From Gemmatimonadales bacterium (GTDB taxonomy: Bacteria; Gemmatimonadota; Gemmatimonadetes; Gemmatimonadales; GWC2-71-9): a stretch of DNA of 64,000 nt. Position 1 is the stretch's first letter, and each line of letters begins with the position of its first letter. Below are positions 58,932 through 64,000 of this stretch, one piece after another. The stretch covers positions 416,001 to 480,000 of the forward strand of contig JBBCJC010000005.1 of assembly GCA_037189525.1 (NCBI GenBank). Direction: 5' to 3'. The notes under the pieces are model-generated. The model saw only the letters and a program-made list of their open reading frames with translations. It searched no databases and was not told the DNA's origin. The position numbers were made by a program, and so were the translations under genes.

Positions 58932-59742
58932 GGCCGTCCGTTCGGTCGGCAAAATAGGAATCCTGCTCGGCCGGTCCGACGGTTTCCAAAACCCGGAAGC
59001 CGGTCGCCTCGACGGCGGCCACGAATGCGGCTTCCGTCGGCTGCGCACGATGCGCCCCAAAGCGTCCCTGCGCAAACGACTCCAGCGCCCGATCTTTGGT
59101 CCGCGGCCCGGAGTCTCCAGCAACGACATAGTCGACCGCGACCCGACTGCCGGGGGCCGCGACCTCCGCCAGACCATGCAGGACATCGACCAACCGATGC
59201 CCGTCGAGGCAGCGCGAGAAGCCCATCCAGGAAAAGAACGCGGGCCGGTGAAAGCGAAAGGTCGAGCGGCGGAGCGCCTCATGCAGCGGCTCGCGCGCGT
59301 CGTCCATCGCAATCCATTCGAGGTTATCGGGCTCGAGCCCCAGACTGCTGACCCGATCACGCTTGGCGCGCTGAGCGGCCGCGCGATCGACCTCGAAGAC
59401 CCTGAGCTGATTGGCCAGATCGGTGCGCCTGAGCGCAAACGAATCGAGCCCCGCCCCGACCAGGACGTACTGCCGCCCTCCGGCCTCGACGAAATGCTCG
59501 AGCCAGTCTTCGACGATTCGAGCCTGATACAGCAGATGGCCCCGAAACGGCCGGTACTTTCCGTAGAGTTGCTCGAACACGAAGTGTCGGAGAAACCCGT
59601 AACGGCAGATGGCGCGCCACCCCGGGCTCGCAAGCCGGAGCGCAAACGGATCAGCGAAAATGAGCGGCCGTTCGTCCCGGTAATGCGCTGCACGGAACGC
59701 TGCCGCCAGGTCGGCGACCCGATCAGGCAAAGCAGTCAGCAT
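58876..59742 (-). CDS. Class I SAM-dependent methyltransferase (LCM/Rv-type)
   Basis: FRAAH, FADPFA, QYVLVGAGLDSFALR, FEVD; convergent overlap with the MFS gene. Confidence 0.8.
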   Translation of the reverse strand: MLTALPDRVADLAAAFRAAHYRDERPLIFADPFALRLASPGWRAICRYGFLRHFVFEQLYGKYRPFRGHLLYQARIVEDWLEHFVEAGGRQYVLVGAGLDSFALRRTDLANQLRVFEVDRAAAQRAKRDRVSSLGLEPDNLEWIAMDDAREPLHEALRRSTFRFHRPAFFSWMGFSRCLDGHRLVDVLHGLAEVAAPGSRVAVDYVVAGDSGPRTKDRALESFAQGRFGAHRAQPTEAAFVAAVEATGFRVLETVGPAEQDSYFADRTDGLRGIASSRLALLELDPPR

Positions 59743-59827
59743 CGGCAATTCGATTTGTTGAGGCTTGGTCCTACGATGGCCAGCGGTACAATACCGTCTA
59801 CCGGCGATTTTGGCGAGGGGTCCGACA

Positions 59828-59857
59828 GCCCTGGCGCCTCATCACAGGCGCCAGGGC
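59828..59857 (-). terminator. Perfect 12-bp hairpin downstream of peroxiredoxin
   Basis: GCCCTGGCGCCT-CATCAC-AGGCGCCAGGGC. Confidence 0.5.
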
Positions 59858-59867
59858 CGAAAGTCGG

Positions 59868-60503
59868 TCAGCGATTCGGCTGAGGCGTAACTCGGAGGTA
59901 GGGCTTCTTGGTAACCCACCCCTTGGGGAACTTGGTTTTGGCGTCGTCGTCGGAGACGGCCGGGACGATGATGACGTCCTGCCCGTCCGTCCAGTCAGCC
60001 GGCGTCGAGACCTGGTAGGTGGCCGTCAGCTGAAGCGAGTCGATGACCCGCAGGATCTCCTCGAAGTTCCGTCCGGTGCTGGCCGGATAGGTCAGCGTCA
60101 GCTTGATCTTGTTGTCGGGCCCGATCACGAAGACCGACCGGACCGTCATCGTATCGGAGGCATTGGGGTGGATCATGCCGTAGAGGCCCGCAACGGCGCG
60201 ATCCGGATCACCGATCATGGGGAAGTTGACGGTGTTGCCGGTGACTTCGGCAATGTCACCCTCCCATTGAACGTGCGACGTGACCGGGTCGACGCTCAGG
60301 CCGATGACCTTGGTATTGCGCCGGTCGAACTCGGGCTTGAGCTTGGCAACCGCACCCAGTTCGGTGGTACAGACCGGCGTGAAGTCCTTCGGATGAGAAA
60401 AGAGCACCGCCCAGCTGGTGCCTTTCCACTCATGAAACCGGAGGGAACCCGCGGTCGTATCCGCCGTGAAATCCGGGGCGATGTCGCCGAGCTGCAGTGC
60501 CAT
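59868..60503 (-). CDS. 1-Cys peroxiredoxin (Prx6 family)
   Basis: FSHPKDFTPVCTTELG, YPASTGRNF, TPADW. Confidence 0.96.
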   Translation of the reverse strand: MALQLGDIAPDFTADTTAGSLRFHEWKGTSWAVLFSHPKDFTPVCTTELGAVAKLKPEFDRRNTKVIGLSVDPVTSHVQWEGDIAEVTGNTVNFPMIGDPDRAVAGLYGMIHPNASDTMTVRSVFVIGPDNKIKLTLTYPASTGRNFEEILRVIDSLQLTATYQVSTPADWTDGQDVIIVPAVSDDDAKTKFPKGWVTKKPYLRVTPQPNR

Positions 60504-60577
60504 GTCGAGCCATCCTTTACAAGGGGTTGAGGAACCCTCGCAAACTAGTCGGCAGCCCCGATCCGGCAAGATCCGGT

Positions 60578-63500
60578 TCAGGCACCTCGGCGGTTCACGG
60601 CACGACGCGCCACCCATCGCTCGACCACGACATACAGGGTCGGTAACACCACCAGGGTGAGGGCGGTCGCCGTAACCAATCCGCCGATCACGACGGTCGC
60701 CAGCGGACGCTGGAGTTCCGCGCCCGGTGAGGTCGACAGCGCCATCGGTACGAAGCCGAACCCGGCCACCAGCGCCGTCATCAGCACCGGCCGAAGTCGG
60801 GTCGATGCGCCCTCGAGCACCGCGTCTTCGAGTGTCGAGCCGGCCGCACGGAGTTCGTTGATATAGCTCACCATCACGACACCATTGAGGACCGCAATAC
60901 CGAAGAGCGCAATGAAGCCGATCGCGGCCGAGATACTGAGGTTGAGCCCGCTGATCCAAAGGGCCGCGACCCCGCCAACCAGAGCGAACGGCACGTTGGT
61001 CATGATCAGCGCCGCGTGACGCCCAGTGCCGAACGCCCAGAAGAGCAGCAGAAAAATTCCCAGGATGGCCAGCGGTACCAGAATCCCCAGCCGCTTCATG
61101 GCGCTCCGCTGGTGCTGATACTGGCCGCCCCACTCGAAGCGATACCCTTCAGGCAACGGCACCGCCTTGGCCAGCGCCGCCGAGGCATCTTCGACGAAGC
61201 TGCCGACATCCCGACCCCGAATGTTGGCGCCGACGACAACCATGCGCTCAGCCCCTTCGTGCGCAAACGCTTCGGGCGCCTCGACGACCCGGAGTCGCGC
61301 CACCGCGGCAAGCGGAACGCGCCCTCCGGCCTGAGTCGGCACCGGCAGCTCCGCAAACCCTTCGGGACTCAGAGTCGACGCGCCGGGCATCCGTATCGCC
61401 ACTCCGATCCGGCGAGGACCATCGACCACCGTCGTCGCCACCGAGGCGCCGAGCGCCAGCTCGACCTCGCGTCCGACATCGGCAGCTCCGATGCCGTACC
61501 TGGCCAGCGCGTCGCGATCCAGATCGAGCTGCATCTGATGCACCCGCGCCGCCGCCGTTGCCTTGACCTCGGCCGCGCCGCGAACATCGCGCAGCACCGA
61601 TTCCACCCGGCCCGCGAGCGTAGCCAGCCGATCGGGATCGGCACCGATGACTTTGACTCCGACATCGGTAGTAATGCCGCTCTCGGCTTCATCGAGACGC
61701 ATCTGAATCGGCTGGGTGAACGCGTAGTTGATCCCGGGCACTTCGCGAAGCGCGCTGTCCATGGCCGCCAGCAGCGCATCCTTCCCGCCGCGACGCCAGG
61801 TCTTGCGCGGCTCCAGGATAATGTAGGTATCGGACTCGTAGGTGCCCATCGCCTCGGTGGCCAGATCCGGCCGGCCGAGCTTGGACACGACGGTGCGTAC
61901 CTCCGGCAATCCCTGGAGGGACCGCTCGATGGCCAGCGAGTACTCGACCCCATCACCCAGCGCCGTCGACGGCAGCCGGCGCGCCTGGACCAGCACGCTG
62001 CCCTCATCGAGCCGAGGCATGAACTCCCGGCCGAGTTGCCCGATCCCGATGATCGCCAGAACGATCAACGCCCCTGCCCCGGCAAAGACCGACGTCTGGC
62101 GCACCAGCGTCCCTTCGAGCAACCGACGGTACCGCGCCTTGAGGCGTTCGAACCCGGCCGAGTGGGGCTCGTGGGCGTGAGCCAGCCAGGTGCGCGCAGC
62201 TGCCGGCACCACGGTGAGGGCCAGCACCAGCGACCCGAGCACCGCCACCACCACGGTGAACGCCATGGGCACGAACATTTTTCGCTCGGTACCCTGGAGG
62301 GCAAAGAGCGGGAGATACACTGCAATGATGATGATGATCCCGAAGAGGACCGGCCGGCCGACCTCTCGCGCCGCGCGATGCAGTCGATCGGTCGTATCTT
62401 CGGCGGACTCCGGTCCGGTCGCCGAGCGGCGCAACATGTTCTCGATCATCACGACGGATCCGTCGACCAGCAGGCCGAAGTCGAGCGCGCCCAGGCTCAT
62501 CAGATTGGCGGAGAATCCGAACCACTTCATCGCGACGAAGGCCCAGAGCATCGACAGCGGAATCACCGCGGCGACGATCAGGCTCGCGGTCACGTTGCGA
62601 AGGAAGACCCAGAGCAGCACCACCACCAGCATGCCACCCATGACCAGATTTTTTCCGATCGTGGCGGTCGTCTGTTCCACCAGCTCGGTCTGATCGTAGA
62701 AGGCCACCAGTTCGACACCCGGCGGCAGCGTCGTGGTGATCTCGTCCACGCGGGCTTTGATGCGGGCAATGACACGCTGGGCGTTCTCGCCCTTCCGCAT
62801 GATCACCATGCCCGAGACCACTTCGCCCTTGCCGTCCCAGGTAATGGCGCCCTGCCGAGGTAGCGACCCGGTGGTCACCTGCGCGATGTCGCGAATCAGG
62901 ATCGGGACGCCACCTCGCGTGGCCACGGGCACCCGCTCGATATCGGCCGGCCCGGTAAGTCGTCCACGGCCATATACGATGAAACGCTCACCCCGCTCCT
63001 CGGTGTGCGCGCCGCCGAAGTTGGTATTGTTGGCCGCAAGCGCCGCTTCGACCTGGGACAACGACAGTCCAGCCAGGGCAAGACGGCGCGGATCAACCAC
63101 GACATGATACTGCTCGGTCTCACCGCCCCAGCTGTTGACTTCCGCCACGCCCGGCACCGTCCGCAGCATCGGCGCCAAGGTATAGTCCTGGAGCGTCTTG
63201 AGCTGGCCGAGTCCCCACTCCTTCGTCCGGCTGGTGAGCACGTACTGGTACACTTCGCCCATGGCGGTCGAGACGGGACCCAGCACGGGTGTTACCCCGG
63301 CAGGCAGGTCCGCGGCGACATCACCGAGCCGCTGCGCAACCAGTTGCCGCGCAAAGTAGCCGTCAACCCGATCTTCGAAGATGACCTGGGTGATCGCCAG
63401 CCCGAACTTGGTGGTCGAACGTACCGCCGTGGCGCCCGGCAGGCCGAGCAGAGCCCGTTCGATCGGAAAGGTGACCAGCTGCTCGACTTCCTGCGGCGCA

Positions 63501-63667
63501 ATGCCAGGTGCGTCCGCAATGACGCTGACGGCATTGGCCGTGATATCGGGAAAGGGCTCGAACGGAATGGTCCGAAAGGCCCAGAGGCCCAAACCGATGA
63601 GGAGCGTCGTACCGCCGGCAATGAACCAGCGACGATCGAGCGAGAACCGCAGCAGTCGGCTCAGCAC
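60578..63667 (-). CDS. CusA/CzcA-family heavy-metal RND efflux permease
   Basis: PDIT, EVEQLVTFPIE, ANLMSLGALDFGLLVDG, RLRPVLMTA, GAELQRPLATVVIGG. Confidence 0.95.
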   Translation of the reverse strand: MLSRLLRFSLDRRWFIAGGTTLLIGLGLWAFRTIPFEPFPDITANAVSVIADAPGIAPQEVEQLVTFPIERALLGLPGATAVRSTTKFGLAITQVIFEDRVDGYFARQLVAQRLGDVAADLPAGVTPVLGPVSTAMGEVYQYVLTSRTKEWGLGQLKTLQDYTLAPMLRTVPGVAEVNSWGGETEQYHVVVDPRRLALAGLSLSQVEAALAANNTNFGGAHTEERGERFIVYGRGRLTGPADIERVPVATRGGVPILIRDIAQVTTGSLPRQGAITWDGKGEVVSGMVIMRKGENAQRVIARIKARVDEITTTLPPGVELVAFYDQTELVEQTTATIGKNLVMGGMLVVVLLWVFLRNVTASLIVAAVIPLSMLWAFVAMKWFGFSANLMSLGALDFGLLVDGSVVMIENMLRRSATGPESAEDTTDRLHRAAREVGRPVLFGIIIIIAVYLPLFALQGTERKMFVPMAFTVVVAVLGSLVLALTVVPAAARTWLAHAHEPHSAGFERLKARYRRLLEGTLVRQTSVFAGAGALIVLAIIGIGQLGREFMPRLDEGSVLVQARRLPSTALGDGVEYSLAIERSLQGLPEVRTVVSKLGRPDLATEAMGTYESDTYIILEPRKTWRRGGKDALLAAMDSALREVPGINYAFTQPIQMRLDEAESGITTDVGVKVIGADPDRLATLAGRVESVLRDVRGAAEVKATAAARVHQMQLDLDRDALARYGIGAADVGREVELALGASVATTVVDGPRRIGVAIRMPGASTLSPEGFAELPVPTQAGGRVPLAAVARLRVVEAPEAFAHEGAERMVVVGANIRGRDVGSFVEDASAALAKAVPLPEGYRFEWGGQYQHQRSAMKRLGILVPLAILGIFLLLFWAFGTGRHAALIMTNVPFALVGGVAALWISGLNLSISAAIGFIALFGIAVLNGVVMVSYINELRAAGSTLEDAVLEGASTRLRPVLMTALVAGFGFVPMALSTSPGAELQRPLATVVIGGLVTATALTLVVLPTLYVVVERWVARRAVNRRGA

Positions 63668-63670
63668 GGC

Positions 63671-64000
63671 CTACTCGTCGTCCCAGACGTTTTCGAGGGC
63701 GGACTTGAGCATGAATGCCCCGACCGTGACGACCGGTACACCGGCCGGCAATCCCGCAACCGCCATCTGTCCGTTGCCCAGCGCAACGGCCTGAACCACG
63801 CGCTGCCGGAACCGATTGTTGCCGTCGGCAATGAAGACGACGTCGCCTTCGGCGGAGCGCTGGACAGCTTCGGCCGGAAGCACCACCCGCTCGACCGGAT
63901 CGGCCGCGGGAAGAAGGATCGAGGCAAACATTCCCGGTTTGAGGCCCGCGGGAATTGCCAGCAGTTCGACCCGCACATCAACGGCCCGGCGGAGCGAATC
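63671..64000 (-). CDS. RND periplasmic adaptor subunit (5'-truncated by window edge)
   Basis: LKPGMFA, LPAEAVQ, GLPAG..VVTVGAFMLKS directly upstream of the RND permease. Confidence 0.88.
   Translation of the reverse strand, partial: DSLRRAVDVRVELLAIPAGLKPGMFASILLPAADPVERVVLPAEAVQRSAEGDVVFIADGNNRFRQRVVQAVALGNGQMAVAGLPAGVPVVTVGAFMLKSALENVWDDE

Noticed and set aside
58827..59883. Three long overlapping ORFs at the methyltransferase locus
   Set aside because: Only 58876-59742 (-) has family motifs; the others are alternative-frame or antisense artefacts.

Overview
High-GC bacterial chromosomal segment. The gene repertoire suggests Gemmatimonadota or a related FCB lineage, but this is inference. 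The left 39 kb is mostly core genome: a DUF2723/GT-C gene, tRNA-Ser(TGA), long-form nagB, an EAL-HDOD protein, two lipoproteins, tRNA-Ser(GCT) and gltX. These are followed by a minus-strand run (trxA, rsmI, DUF4159, DUF4175-like, TPR, Tat GATase-like, JAB-DinG, FAH, dapL-like), then mce and pdxJ, then ispE, tRNA-Gln, prs, rplY, pth, hppA and ychF. A copZ/copA/cueR cassette with two back-to-back CueR promoters lies between ispE and tRNA-Gln. The right 25 kb is accessory-like. It holds a ureohydrolase, a Fic protein, and an RpiR-regulated amine-catabolic operon (cysteine hydrolase, GS-like ligase, N-formylglutamate amidohydrolase, PuuP-like permease, class III aminotransferase) followed by a Tat cyclic amidohydrolase. 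Further right are an S9 peptidase, a guanidine-II riboswitch with gdx/sugE, an LmtA-like methyltransferase with a PAP2 phosphatase, a Tat NAD(P)-oxidoreductase overlapping an NTT-like transporter, a 1-Cys peroxiredoxin and a CzcA-type RND system. The best leads are the amine-catabolic operon, the Tat-oxidoreductase/nucleotide-transporter pair, the exported DUF4159/DUF4175/TPR/GATase module, a possible Leptospira-type lipid A modification pair and a CTG start for pth. No CRISPR array, integrase or transposase was seen. All family assignments come from motif recognition, not database searches.
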